Below are positions 46,875 to 58,726 of a DNA stretch of 64,000 nucleotides, piece by piece. Position numbers and translations under genes: made by a program. Below the pieces are notes generated by a model, which saw only the letters and a program-made list of their open reading frames with translations, was not told the origin of the DNA and did not search any database. Origin of the DNA: Dehalococcoidia bacterium (GTDB lineage Bacteria; Chloroflexota; Dehalococcoidia; Lucifugimonadales; UBA3495); contig OZ247430.1 of NCBI GenBank assembly GCA_965232895.1, forward strand, positions 131,388-195,387, in the 5' to 3' direction. Within the stretch, counting starts at the first letter, position 1. Every line of letters starts with the position of its first letter.

Positions 46875-47477
46875 ATGACCACGCCAACGAAACCGCACAC
46901 CGGGATGCGCGTATCTGTCGCCGAGTTCCTGGAGCTGGAGCTCCCCGAACCGGACCACAAGCTCAAGATGGAGCTGGACGACGGAGCGCTCTACATCATG
47001 CCCAGACCCAGACCGGACCATCAGTTCGTGAAGCGGCGATTTTGCCATCATTTTGATGGCTACCTTGACGGGTTCGAGGAACCACCGGCCGAAGTACATG
47101 ACGACGTCGTCATCGGTTTGCCTTCGGAACTTCCCCGGCTTTTCGCGCCCGACTTGGCGATCATTATTCGTGGCGGCAGGGCCGTGGTGGGCGACGTGAT
47201 GATTGAAGGGGCGCCGGACATCGTGGTGGAAGTCCTCTCCACCGACCGCAACCGTGACCTGGTAAGGAAGCGGCAAGTATATGCCGAGGCCGGCATCCCG
47301 GAATACTGGATTTGCGACGGACGCAACGATACCGTGCGGCTACTGGAATTGCAGGATGGCAGCTACGTGGAGCGTGCCCTGCTGACCGTCGCCGATACGC
47401 TGACCACGCCCCGGCTGCCCGGCCTGGCCATCCCGCTGGCCGACGTGTTCCGCCACCGCAGCCGGCCGGCCCGGTAA
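46875..47477 (+). CDS. Uma2-family endonuclease, copy 3
   Basis: Same motifs as copy 1. The ATG lies 2 nt after the copy-2 stop. Confidence 0.8.
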   Translation: MTTPTKPHTGMRVSVAEFLELELPEPDHKLKMELDDGALYIMPRPRPDHQFVKRRFCHHFDGYLDGFEEPPAEVHDDVVIGLPSELPRLFAPDLAIIIRGGRAVVGDVMIEGAPDIVVEVLSTDRNRDLVRKRQVYAEAGIPEYWICDGRNDTVRLLELQDGSYVERALLTVADTLTTPRLPGLAIPLADVFRHRSRPAR

Positions 47478-47489
47478 CCCTGGCCCGTC

Positions 47490-48272
47490 ATGCCTCCGCG
47501 CTCTGGCAACATACTGATAGTCGACGACGAAGCTGCGTCCGCGATAGTGCGCGCGGTGCGCCGACGCCTCGAAGACGAAGGCTGGGGCACCACCGTGGTC
47601 GGCAAGGATGAACACGGCTCTGCCGACGAGATGATGTGGGCCGCGCTGGACGCCATTGACCAGCGCCTCCCGGACGGCGTGATCCTGGACGTGCGCCTCG
47701 GCGAATACCGCGACGACCAGTTCAAGGGTCTGGACATCCTGAAACGCATCGTTGGGCAGCACCCTCGCCTCCCCGTGCTGATGTTCACCCAGTACAGCCA
47801 GGGCGTTGAGCGCGATACGGTGGCCCGCAGCGCCCTCCAGGTTGAGGCCCCGGTCGAGTTCATCGACAAGCTGGCCTCGCCCGAAGAGGTTGCCTTGCGC
47901 ATCCGCCGCCTGGTGGGAGCCGAGCCGCGATCCATCGCCGTCGGTGACCGCATCATCGTCGACACCGACGCGCGGACCGTGTCGGTGCGCGACGAAAACG
48001 GGCAGGCGGCGCCGGTGCCGGACGTTTCCGGCCGCCGGTTTGACATCCTGCGAGAACTGGCCGAGGCCTGGTACCGCAGCCCCGGGAACATGGTGCCCTT
48101 CGACCGCCTGGAGCGTTACCTGGAGGGCGACGACACCCGCGCTTCGCTGCGGGTCCGGGTTCGCGAGATCAAGGTATCCCTGAGCCGGGCGTTGGGCATC
48201 TCGTTGGGCGCCAACGATTTCATTGTCAGCGTGCGGGACCGCGGCTACCGATTGCTGCCCCCGCGCGAGTAG
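47490..48272 (+). CDS. response regulator, receiver + OmpR-type winged-helix domain
   Basis: Motifs ILIVDDE, VILDVRL and C-terminal FIVSVRDRGYRL. Confidence 0.8.
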   Translation: MPPRSGNILIVDDEAASAIVRAVRRRLEDEGWGTTVVGKDEHGSADEMMWAALDAIDQRLPDGVILDVRLGEYRDDQFKGLDILKRIVGQHPRLPVLMFTQYSQGVERDTVARSALQVEAPVEFIDKLASPEEVALRIRRLVGAEPRSIAVGDRIIVDTDARTVSVRDENGQAAPVPDVSGRRFDILRELAEAWYRSPGNMVPFDRLERYLEGDDTRASLRVRVREIKVSLSRALGISLGANDFIVSVRDRGYRLLPPRE

Positions 48273-48281
48273 GGTGATCGC

Positions 48282-49265
48282 ATGGCGGTTTTGACCCGGC
48301 GCCGACTTTCCTTCCACCCGTGGCCCGCGTTGGTTGGCATCGCTTTGGCCATTCTCGGCCTGGCGCTGATGGTCTCGTCGCTGTTCCTGCCGCCGGCCCG
48401 GGTGTTCCCGGAACCCTGGGCCATCGAGCCGCTGTCATACATCGGCATCGCCGGCGTGGTTTTCGGCCTGGCGGTCGCCGTCAGCGTTTACGTAGTTTCC
48501 AGCATCCGTCACCGCCACGCTGACGGCCTCAACGGCGCGGACGACTGGAACAAGCTGACCGAGCAGCACTTCGAGACCTTCCAGCACGACCTGGGTCGTC
48601 CCATGCGTCGCATCCTCGGCAAGTGCCGCGAGGTTCGGGGGGTGCTGGCCGCCACCGGAGAGGACGTGTCCGCCGTTATCCACGAACTGCTGGACGAGAT
48701 CGAGGAGCAGGCGCCGTCGTTCCGGCTGATGATGGGCAACATCCAGGTGATGATCAATCTGGAAACCCCGGACGCGCCCATAGAACGCTATCCCGTGGAG
48801 CCTTCTGCCGTCGTCAGCCGCATCGTGGAGCGCTACACCGGTCAGGCCGCCGAACAGGGCAAGGACATCGCGTGGTGGTCGGAGCCGGAGGATTTCGGCC
48901 TCGTCTATTCCGACGCCGCCGCCCTGGAACACATCATCGCCAACCTGGTGGATAACGCGCTCCGCTACGGCGGGGACTACATTGAAATCACGGTCACTCG
49001 CGATTCCTACAACTTCCAGGTGCGCGTGGCCGATGACGGCCCGGGCATTCCGGTTCACTATCGGGCTCACCTGTTCGACCGAGGTTGGACGCCACAAATG
49101 GGCCGCAGCGAAGAGAAAACCTCCTCCGGCCTCGGGCTGTACATCAGCCGCACCCTGGCCCTTCGGTACGGCGGCGACCTCACCGTGAAGTCGACCCTTG
49201 CTGCGGCAGAGGGCGCCCTCACGGTGTTCACGCTGACGCTTCCCGCCGGAACCCCCGGCTCCTAG
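48282..49265 (+). CDS. sensor histidine kinase
   Basis: Two N-terminal TM helices, H-box FQHDLGRPM, N-box NLVDNALRYG, DDGPGIP and GLGLYISR. Confidence 0.8.
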   Translation: MAVLTRRRLSFHPWPALVGIALAILGLALMVSSLFLPPARVFPEPWAIEPLSYIGIAGVVFGLAVAVSVYVVSSIRHRHADGLNGADDWNKLTEQHFETFQHDLGRPMRRILGKCREVRGVLAATGEDVSAVIHELLDEIEEQAPSFRLMMGNIQVMINLETPDAPIERYPVEPSAVVSRIVERYTGQAAEQGKDIAWWSEPEDFGLVYSDAAALEHIIANLVDNALRYGGDYIEITVTRDSYNFQVRVADDGPGIPVHYRAHLFDRGWTPQMGRSEEKTSSGLGLYISRTLALRYGGDLTVKSTLAAAEGALTVFTLTLPAGTPGS

Positions 49266-49296
49266 TTCCCCCTTTTCTGCTTCGGACCGTCGAACT

Positions 49297-50136
49297 TTGC
49301 GGCAGCAGATCGTAGCCGTCACCGCTGCTATCCTGCTGGTGGCTTTGTTCCTGGCTCTCTGGCTGTCGAATTTGCCGGGGCTGCCCGCGGTCCCCTACCA
49401 GGCGACACGGGCCAACCCGACACCTACGCCCACTCCGCTTGCGCCGACTCCCGTCGTGGTGACGGCGACGCCAACAGCGTCGCCCACACCCATTCCTACC
49501 GCCCGGCCCACTCCGACGGCGCCGCCCACACCCATTCCCACGCCCACGCTGCCGCCCACTCCGACGCCGGTACAGCCAACACCTACGCCGCGACCTCACT
49601 TCCTGGAGGTGCGCGACCCGGCGGATATGGCGACCGTTTACGGTCCCCCGGTCATAGTTGTCTCCGGGTCCACGCTGCCCTGGTCAATTGTTGAGTTAAT
49701 CTATTCCAGCAGCGCATTCCCCGAGCGGGACGTCCGGATTCAGGCGGACGCTGCCGGGGAATTTGCGGGCACAGTATTGTTGTCGGCCGGGATAAACGTG
49801 ATCGAGGTGATCGGATACCACGGTGCGTCCTCACAACAGCAACGCCAATTCCTCCAGGTGCGTTACGCGGGCTCGTCGGAAGAGTTGACCCTGACGATCA
49901 CCGACCCCGCGGGCGCATCCACGGTGAGCAATCGCATCCTTACCGTCACCGGGTTCACGGCGCCCGACGCTGAGGTAATCGTAAGCGACCTGATACCCGC
50001 GTTGCCCGATCCCACCGGCCTTTGGGTTGCCGATCTGCTGCTTCAGCCCGGCGTCAACACGATCCGGGTGGTGGCGTCCAGAGGCGACGAAGTAACCGAG
50101 GCCGTCATCACGGTCACTTACCAGCCCGGATCCTGA
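49297..50136 (+). CDS. membrane-anchored protein with Pro/Thr-rich linker and beta-rich C-terminal domains
   Basis: TTG start. TM helix VAVTAAILLVALFLALWL and about 70 aa of PTPTP-type linker. No family recognised. Confidence 0.55.
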   Translation: MRQQIVAVTAAILLVALFLALWLSNLPGLPAVPYQATRANPTPTPTPLAPTPVVVTATPTASPTPIPTARPTPTAPPTPIPTPTLPPTPTPVQPTPTPRPHFLEVRDPADMATVYGPPVIVVSGSTLPWSIVELIYSSSAFPERDVRIQADAAGEFAGTVLLSAGINVIEVIGYHGASSQQQRQFLQVRYAGSSEELTLTITDPAGASTVSNRILTVTGFTAPDAEVIVSDLIPALPDPTGLWVADLLLQPGVNTIRVVASRGDEVTEAVITVTYQPGS

Positions 50137-50226
50137 CCCGTGTTCGTGCCATGCGGTTGGCCCGGCCTGTCGTTCCAGCCCGGTCGACCAGTGCGGCACA
50201 CGGTACCCATTTGGGGCGGTGGTATC

Positions 50227-50340
50227 GTCAGAATCAGGATGGGCCGGATTTAGGGATTATCAGAATTAGAACCATGCTGTGATGGATCTCCCTCAGTCCT
50301 GCCTGCCAAATCATAAAATCCCGCAAATCTTAATTCTGAC
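50227..50340. repeat. second full copy of the gtcagaatcagga MITE-like element
   Basis: Ends gtcagaatcaggat (50227..50240) and atcttaattctgac (50327..50340) match as an inverted repeat at 12/14 positions. Internal gccggatt and aaatcat blocks are shared with 25276..25362. Confidence 0.6.
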
Positions 50341-50463
50341 GAACTATCCAAACCGGGTACGCGTGCGCCCCCGGGCTGGGCTCACCAGCCCGAGGTTACT
50401 CGAATCAATGATTGTGTGGTAAAATAGGTTTGGCGAATTGTCTTCGCGGTAATTTGCTCTCTT

Positions 50464-52305
50464 ATGACGCAACTTGATGACGTAAAAAGCCGGCTGGACA
50501 TCGTCGAATTGGTCGGCGGTTACGTTCAGTTGCAACGGTCAGGCAGTTCCTTCAAGGCGAATTGCCCTTTCCACGACGAAAGGACGCCGTCCTTCTTCGT
50601 ATTTCCAGATCGCCAGTCCTGGCGCTGTTTCGGCGCTTGCGCCGAGGGCGGTGACGCTTTTTCCTTCGTGATGAAGAAGGAGCGGGTGGACTTCCGGGAA
50701 GCGTTGGTGCGCCTGGGCGCCCGTGTCGGCATCGCCATTACCGACCAGGCCGAAACCGGCGGTCGTTCGCAATTACTGTTCGAGATCAACGACGCGGCAC
50801 GCCAATTTTTCCAGCGCACCCTGGTGGAGCCGGAAGCGGCCTTCGTGCGGGAATACCTTCTTGGACGGGGTATCAACGAACGGTCGTTGCAGACCTTCGA
50901 GTTCGGCTACAGCCCGGCTCGGGACAACCGCCTGCTGGCGCACCTGACCAACGCCGGTTACGCGGCAGAAGACATCGCCGAAGCCGGCCTGGCCCGGGAA
51001 ACGGACGACGGACGCTATTACGACCTTTTCCGCGGTCGGCTGATGATCCCCATCCGGGACTGGTCGGCTCGCGTGGCCGGCTTTGGCAGCCGGGCCCTGG
51101 ACGACAACGCCACCCCGAAATATCTAAACACACCCGGCACTCCAGTGTTTGACAAGTCCCGCATTCTCTACGCCATGCACCTGGCCAAGGAACCCGTCCG
51201 CCAGCATGGCGCGGTCATCGTCGAAGGCTACATGGACGCCATCATGGCCCACCAGCACGGGTTTGACAACGTGGTCGCGTCCATGGGAACCGCCCTCACG
51301 GAACACCAGGTCGCCCTGGTGCGGAGATTGACCCATCGCGTCACCATGGCCCTCGACGGCGACCCGGCCGGCCGCAACGCCACGCTGCGCAGCCTGGAAT
51401 CTTCCTGGGGCGTTTTCCAACAGCGCGACCAGAGATCCGCCAATCGGGCCGGCGCGTCCGTCATGCAGCAGCCGGAGGCGCTGGACCTCAGGATCGCGGA
51501 GCTGCCGCCCGGCAAAGACCCGGACGACTACATCCGGCAGTCCCCCAACGATTGGACCGAATTTATTGATGGCGCTTCCCCGCTGTTCGACTACCTCCTC
51601 GCCGCGTTGACCGACCGCGTCGACACGTCAACTGCGGACGGGCGATCCTGGGCCGCGCAAACCATGTTGCGGTTCGTGGCGCACGTTCCGGACCCGATCA
51701 AACGGGATTTCTACCTGGACGCCCTTTCGGCTCATTTTGGCGTGGACGTGGCAACCCTGCGGGCGGCAATGCCCATGGCGGCCCGCCCGGAAGGCCAGAG
51801 CCGGCGCACCAACCGCGCGCCGGCCACCGCCGACGACGCAACTCCGCTGCCGGGCAGCGACAAGAACGCAACCGAAGAGTTGGTGCTGGCAATATTGCTT
51901 CAGCATCGCGACCAACTGGAAGAGGATGCAGCCAATTCCGTAGACCCGGCGTGGTTCAGCCGGTCCGAGAACCGGGAAATTTTTCGATCCGTATGTTTTG
52001 TTATGGAACCCAGCAATGACGGTGAAATCTCCGTACCACCGGAGTTGGAGCCTCACCTCAACCAACTGCGCAACAGAGACCTGATGTTCTCCACTCAGGC
52101 CAAGATCGAACGTGCCTGGCATCAGGTCCGCCTGAGTCTCGAAACAGATTATTTGAACCGGGAAATATTTCAATCACCCGGCGCCATGGAAGATGCGGAC
52201 ATTTTAGAGTCCGATTCAGAGATCCTACGCTCCTGGTTGATCAGTACGAAACGCCGACGCGAGATCGACCAGCTCCGGCAGCCGGCCTCGCCACATCACA
52301 AATAA
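50464..52305 (+). CDS. dnaG: DNA primase
   Basis: Zinc-finger [11 protein letters not shown]...WRCFGC and TOPRIM ([16 protein letters not shown]). Confidence 0.9.
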   Translation: MTQLDDVKSRLDIVELVGGYVQLQRSGSSFKANCPFHDERTPSFFVFPDRQSWRCFGACAEGGDAFSFVMKKERVDFREALVRLGARVGIAITDQAETGGRSQLLFEINDAARQFFQRTLVEPEAAFVREYLLGRGINERSLQTFEFGYSPARDNRLLAHLTNAGYAAEDIAEAGLARETDDGRYYDLFRGRLMIPIRDWSARVAGFGSRALDDNATPKYLNTPGTPVFDKSRILYAMHLAKEPVRQHGAVIVEGYMDAIMAHQHGFDNVVASMGTALTEHQVALVRRLTHRVTMALDGDPAGRNATLRSLESSWGVFQQRDQRSANRAGASVMQQPEALDLRIAELPPGKDPDDYIRQSPNDWTEFIDGASPLFDYLLAALTDRVDTSTADGRSWAAQTMLRFVAHVPDPIKRDFYLDALSAHFGVDVATLRAAMPMAARPEGQSRRTNRAPATADDATPLPGSDKNATEELVLAILLQHRDQLEEDAANSVDPAWFSRSENREIFRSVCFVMEPSNDGEISVPPELEPHLNQLRNRDLMFSTQAKIERAWHQVRLSLETDYLNREIFQSPGAMEDADILESDSEILRSWLISTKRRREIDQLRQPASPHHK

Positions 52306-52316
52306 AGGAGAGGTTT

Positions 52317-54176
<1,860 letters not shown>

Positions 54177-54203
54177 AGTCGTCGGACCGAAACGTTTCCG
54201 GTC

Positions 54204-54237
54204 GCGGGGCAGCGTTGAACGCTGCCCCGCACATTTT
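54204..54237 (+). terminator. intrinsic terminator after rpoD
   Basis: 12-bp stem gcggggcagcgt / acgctgccccgc (54204..54230), followed by acattttct. Confidence 0.65.
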
Positions 54238-54379
54238 CTGGCGGATGTGTGTTCAACGCTCGTAGATTTTTTGTAAAACCGCCAAAGAACGCCGCTGGAT
54301 ATGCGGACAAGTCACGGTCGAAAAGCCTATACTCCGGGCTGCATACCCAGTCTGGAACCTGGAACGGGTAAGGGAGGTA

Positions 54380-54580
54380 ATGTCGGTGGAAGCGATGGAG
54401 TTGCCGATTTGTCAGCAGTGCAACATCGGGGCGTTGGTGCCACTCTCGGACTACGGTGCTCAGGGTGCTCCGGTCCACTATAAAGCTTGGACCTGCATCA
54501 ACCCCAGTTGCGGATACAACATCAAAATCCGCAACGGAGATATCTTCGTCAACGAGCCAATCCGGGCTGGAAGGCACTGA
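54380..54580 (+). CDS. small zinc-ribbon protein
   Basis: GGGAGG lies just upstream, so the exact start (ATG 54380, GTG 54389 or ATG 54395) is unclear. CQQC ... CINPSC gives a four-Cys ribbon. Confidence 0.5.
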   Translation: MSVEAMELPICQQCNIGALVPLSDYGAQGAPVHYKAWTCINPSCGYNIKIRNGDIFVNEPIRAGRH

Positions 54581-54690
54581 TCCTGGCGTCCCGCCGGAGC
54601 GGGACATTTGGAGCAGGCCGTCAGCATCTCGACGGCGTGGGACCGCGCGCATGAACCGAATATGGCGCGAGGAATAATCAGGGAACAGCT

Positions 54691-55455
54691 ATGCAGATTG
54701 GACTTGACTACATGCAGATGCGCACCCGAGCGCAATATTACGGGTTGCGCTGGGCAGGCATCTCTCTCCTGGCCGTCGGTGGGATATTGGCGGCTTCCGG
54801 CATCGCGTACTACGGGTACCTCTACTTCTTGAGGGCGAGCCTCGACGATTACGAAGCGCTCCGCCAGGACGCAACATTGATCGAAGCCGCAGCGCCTGCC
54901 GGCACCGCCGGGGGGACCGGTGTGTCCATCGTCTCACTCCCTGCCGGCGCGTACGCCGAGCGGATGAAAGAACTGGGTTACTCCGAGATGCCCAGCGCCG
55001 CCGCCTGGCCCGTGGGAACTCAACCCCCGGCGTCCCGCGTCATCGTTCCGTCGTTGGGAATCGACGCCAGGCTGGACCGGGTCAGCATCTCGGGCAGTTC
55101 CATAGCCAATTACGCCGCAGCGGACAACCCCGCCGCCGGTTACGCCTCGGTCACCGCCAATCCTGGCGAACGTGGGGCAATATGGCTCTTTGGGCCGGCC
55201 GGCTCGGAGGTGCGCAGCTTCGGCAACCTGACCCGCGCGCCCCATCTGCTCACTGAGGGCGATGAGCTGTTGATGTTTGTAAACACCTCGGAGCGCGACT
55301 ACCTGTACGCGGCTACGCACAGCGAAGTGGTCAAGGCGGGAGACCTGCGCCTCAGCAGCAGCGACCGAGCGACCCTCCACCTCGCCGTGCCCGTACCCAA
55401 CGGCTGGTACGACCATTTCCTGATCCTGAGCGGTGAATTGGTGGGCGTTCGCTAG
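54691..55455 (+). CDS. membrane-anchored sortase-fold protein lacking the catalytic His and Cys
   Basis: TM helix, then RVIVPSLGIDARL (sortase IPxIG-like motif), GDELLMF and DYLYAATHSEVV. GPAG occupies the position of GHR and LHLAVPVP the position of LTLxTC. Confidence 0.45.
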   Translation: MQIGLDYMQMRTRAQYYGLRWAGISLLAVGGILAASGIAYYGYLYFLRASLDDYEALRQDATLIEAAAPAGTAGGTGVSIVSLPAGAYAERMKELGYSEMPSAAAWPVGTQPPASRVIVPSLGIDARLDRVSISGSSIANYAAADNPAAGYASVTANPGERGAIWLFGPAGSEVRSFGNLTRAPHLLTEGDELLMFVNTSERDYLYAATHSEVVKAGDLRLSSSDRATLHLAVPVPNGWYDHFLILSGELVGVR

Positions 55456-55479
55456 AGGCGCCCCGCACCTGCCGGGAGA

Positions 55480-56739
55480 CTATCCGGTCTTGCCTCGTTT
55501 CTCTGCGGCTGGGAGCACCAGCCGCAGTTCGTATATGCGTCGCCCCCGCACCTGCGTGACCTCAATCGACGTCTGATCTGAAACTACCACGTCTCCCACG
55601 GAGGGCATCCGCCCCAGCAGCGTGTAAACGTATCCGCCGATGGTATTGACGTCGCCGGAATCGAGATCCAGGCCCAGCACGCGCGACACATCCTCCACGG
55701 GGGCCGTCGCCTTGACCAGCCAGGACCCGTCGGCTACGGGTTCCAGTTCTTCAGCTCCCGCATCGTCGAACTCGTCGTCGATCTCGCCAACGATCTCTTC
55801 GAGCACATCTTCCAGCGTGACCAGACCTTCCACACCGCCGTACTCGTCCACGACGATGGCCATCTGCAAAGACTTCGACCGCATCAGGTGCAGAAGATCG
55901 TCAACCGCCATATTCTCGGCGACAAATTCCGGCTCGCGCATGATGGCGTTGACGTCGGATTGCCATGCGCCCTCCGCCACCGTCTGCAGTACGTCACTGA
56001 TGTGAATTATCCCCACCACGTTGTCCATGGTGTCCTGGTAAACCGGCACCCGAGTGTGCCTGGTGTTGACCAGCATCCGCACCAGTTCGTCCATTGCGGT
56101 GGTCACCTCTACAGCCTGCACGTCCAGACGGGGCACCATGATGTCCTTGACGTCATGATCATCCATGTGACTGATGGACCGCACCATGTCGATGTCGTTG
56201 CGGTCCAGGTTCATCAGCTCCGCCGGGGTCAGCGTCGGACCGTCCGCATGGCCGTTCTCCGGGTCCCCGTCGGAACCCCCATCCATTGCGATCGGAAGGC
56301 TGGGGCCGCTTGCGGAACCGGGCCGGTTGGCATCGCCGGTCCAACGCCTCGGATCCGCCAGCCGGCGAACGACCCGGGGCGACTGACGGGCCCACAGACG
56401 CGCGCCGAGGTAAACGCACGCCAGACCCGTGGAGGTTGCCATCACCGCCGCTGCCAGTGCGATGAAGGCCGGGGATCCGTTGGCCAGCTGGTACGCAATT
56501 GCCAGAGCGGAGCCGCCGGCTGCGGATGCGGCGGCGGCTAACAGGATCCCTATCGCCGGGGATGACGGACGGGCCAGAAAGACCGCGCTGGCCTGGCTTT
56601 GTCGTCTGGACGCAGCCGCGACGCTGGCCCAAGCAAAAAGCAGCAGCGAGGCTGCCAGGAACAATAACGGAGGTAAGCTACTATCAGTATCCAAGCCAGT
56701 GGCTCTCAACCGGCGCTCCCGGCGCCGAGAGCGGGTCAT
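55480..56739 (-). CDS. CBS-pair + CorC/HlyC-domain membrane protein (hemolysin/CNNM-like)
   Basis: Motifs DIMVPR, VPVYQDTMDNVVGIIH, AIVVDEYGGVEGLVTLEDVLEEIVGEI and a C-terminal transporter-associated domain. The N-terminal membrane part is atypical. Confidence 0.75.
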   Translation of the reverse strand: MTRSRRRERRLRATGLDTDSSLPPLLFLAASLLLFAWASVAAASRRQSQASAVFLARPSSPAIGILLAAAASAAGGSALAIAYQLANGSPAFIALAAAVMATSTGLACVYLGARLWARQSPRVVRRLADPRRWTGDANRPGSASGPSLPIAMDGGSDGDPENGHADGPTLTPAELMNLDRNDIDMVRSISHMDDHDVKDIMVPRLDVQAVEVTTAMDELVRMLVNTRHTRVPVYQDTMDNVVGIIHISDVLQTVAEGAWQSDVNAIMREPEFVAENMAVDDLLHLMRSKSLQMAIVVDEYGGVEGLVTLEDVLEEIVGEIDDEFDDAGAEELEPVADGSWLVKATAPVEDVSRVLGLDLDSGDVNTIGGYVYTLLGRMPSVGDVVVSDQTSIEVTQVRGRRIYELRLVLPAAEKRGKTG

Positions 56740-56753
56740 TCGCTCCCGCTTTG

Positions 56754-58136
56754 TTATTTCGGGAGGAGTCTAGCAGGAACGCCGACGGCCCGTCTACCCT
56801 CCGGGACATCGCGGGTAACCACCGCTCCCGCGCCGGTGGCCGCGCCCTCTCCGACGGTCACCGGCGCGATCAGCATCGTGTCGCTTCCAATGAACGCGCT
56901 TGGCCCAATGACGGTCTGGTGCTTGTCGACTCCGTCGTAGTTGCAGGTGATGGTACCCGCTCCGATATTCACGCCAGCGCCGATATCGGCATCGCCCAGG
57001 TAGCAGAAGTGTCCCGCCGCCGTGCCCGAGCCCACGCGGCTGTTTTTGACCTCGACGTAATTCCCAAGATGCGCGCCGGCCTCGATCCACGCCGCCGGAC
57101 GCAGGTGGCTATATGGCCCGATTTCCACGTCGTCCTCGACCCGGGCCTCTTCGATCGTGGATGCCATGATGCGGCAACGATCCCCAATCGCGGAATCCCG
57201 GATACCGGTGTTGGGGCCGATCTCGCACTCCTCGCCGATCTTCGTGCCGCCGGTGAGCATCGTGTTGGGTTGCAGCACGGTATCCTGTCCTATCACGACA
57301 TCAACGTCGATGTACGTTGTGGCCGGATCCACCAGCGTGACGCCGGCTGACATCCAGAAGCGGTTGATACGATCCCGGATCACCGCCCCGGCCGCGGCCA
57401 GCTGCTCCCGGTCGTTCACCCCCATCGCCTCGTCCGGCAGCGCGATTGGCGCGGCCTCAACCGCGTCACCGGCGTCCACGGCCATACTCGCCAACGCGGT
57501 CAGGTAGCGCTCTCCGGACGCGGATGTCGGCGCCATCTTCACCGACTTCTCCAACCACGAACCGTCAAAGCAGTAGACGCCGGTGTTGACCTCGGCCAGG
57601 CCGTTATCGGGTTCATCCCGGTCCGCAGCCTCCTGGATGGCCACAAGGTCGCCCAGTCCGCCCGGAGAATGACTCTCTATCCGCTTGATGTGCCCCAGGT
57701 CCGGGCCGAAAGCGCCGGGCGCCGACAGTATGGTCATCCTGCGCTTCGAGCCGGCTCGATGGCTTTCCATCAATGCGAGGATCGATTCGGGTCTTACCAG
57801 GGGAGTGTCCGCGGCCAGCGCCACCACCAGCGACGGCACGCCCGGGAGAGCGCGGATGCCGCACTCAACCGCATCCGCCGTCCCGTCCGGCTTAGTCTGA
57901 ATGGCGTAGGTGACCTGATCGCCCAGGATACCGGCAATCGCATCCCGGTTGTCCGGGGATGACACCACCACCAGTCGCCGGATGCCGCATTCATGCAGTG
58001 CGGCAATCGGGTAACGAATGAGTTCGCGTCCCGCCAGGGTGTGCAGCGGTTTCGGAATGCGCGAGCGCATCCTGGATCCGCGACCCGCTGCGAGCACTAT
58101 TCCTACGGCGTCGATGTCGGAGTTGATCGCGTTCAT
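56754..58136 (-). CDS. glmU: bifunctional UDP-N-acetylglucosamine diphosphorylase / glucosamine-1-phosphate N-acetyltransferase
   Basis: Motif LAAGRGSRM and C-terminal hexapeptide repeats. Start set at MNAINSD. Confidence 0.9.
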   Translation of the reverse strand: MNAINSDIDAVGIVLAAGRGSRMRSRIPKPLHTLAGRELIRYPIAALHECGIRRLVVVSSPDNRDAIAGILGDQVTYAIQTKPDGTADAVECGIRALPGVPSLVVALAADTPLVRPESILALMESHRAGSKRRMTILSAPGAFGPDLGHIKRIESHSPGGLGDLVAIQEAADRDEPDNGLAEVNTGVYCFDGSWLEKSVKMAPTSASGERYLTALASMAVDAGDAVEAAPIALPDEAMGVNDREQLAAAGAVIRDRINRFWMSAGVTLVDPATTYIDVDVVIGQDTVLQPNTMLTGGTKIGEECEIGPNTGIRDSAIGDRCRIMASTIEEARVEDDVEIGPYSHLRPAAWIEAGAHLGNYVEVKNSRVGSGTAAGHFCYLGDADIGAGVNIGAGTITCNYDGVDKHQTVIGPSAFIGSDTMLIAPVTVGEGAATGAGAVVTRDVPEGRRAVGVPARLLPK

Positions 58137-58263
58137 GCGGCAGCCTCGCGTCCGTCCTGTCTGCACTAACGGTGTGCCAGATTATAGCAGCGCGCCACCA
58201 ATGCCCCGGACGCGGCTTCCCCGCCAGCGACGGTACGCCCCTACCTCCAATAATCTCCGGGCC

Positions 58264-58662
58264 TCATAGCGCAAAGATCCAAACCGCCGCCCCGATGATC
58301 AGCCCCAGCAGCAATCCCCCAGCATGATTTACCCGCACCGCCGTGGACCCGTATCCCAGTCGCTGTTCCAACCCTCGCCCGAAGATGCCAACGCTGATGA
58401 CGCAGATGACCCCGACGAACGCCAACGGCCCGTACACCAACGCCGGGCTTTTGGCGTCTTTGAACAGCCATGCCAGGACGATCAGCACCCCTATCGCTCC
58501 CAGGGACAGCGCCATGCGCAGCAGGCCAATTCGAAATCCCCAGCCCATCAGGAAACACCAACCGGCGAGGCCCAGCAAATGCCACGGGGAGTCAAACAAT
58601 CCGAAAATCACGCGCCGATTGTGCCTCTCCGGTGCCGGGGATGCAACTCGCCTCTCGTTCAC
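58264..58662 (-). CDS. hypothetical small membrane protein
   Basis: Four hydrophobic segments. No family recognised and the start is uncertain. Confidence 0.45.
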   Translation of the reverse strand: MNERRVASPAPERHNRRVIFGLFDSPWHLLGLAGWCFLMGWGFRIGLLRMALSLGAIGVLIVLAWLFKDAKSPALVYGPLAFVGVICVISVGIFGRGLEQRLGYGSTAVRVNHAGGLLLGLIIGAAVWIFAL

Positions 58663-58726
58663 TCAATCAACGCCGCCGGGATTGTTGTGGCACAATGAAA
58701 CGCAGCCAAAGCAGGACATCGACGCA

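Noticed and set aside
46000-47276. 295-aa and 201-aa minus-strand ORFs across the Uma2 array
   Set aside because: They are antisense to three clearly homologous Uma2 genes and inherit their repetition. No independent coding signal is visible.
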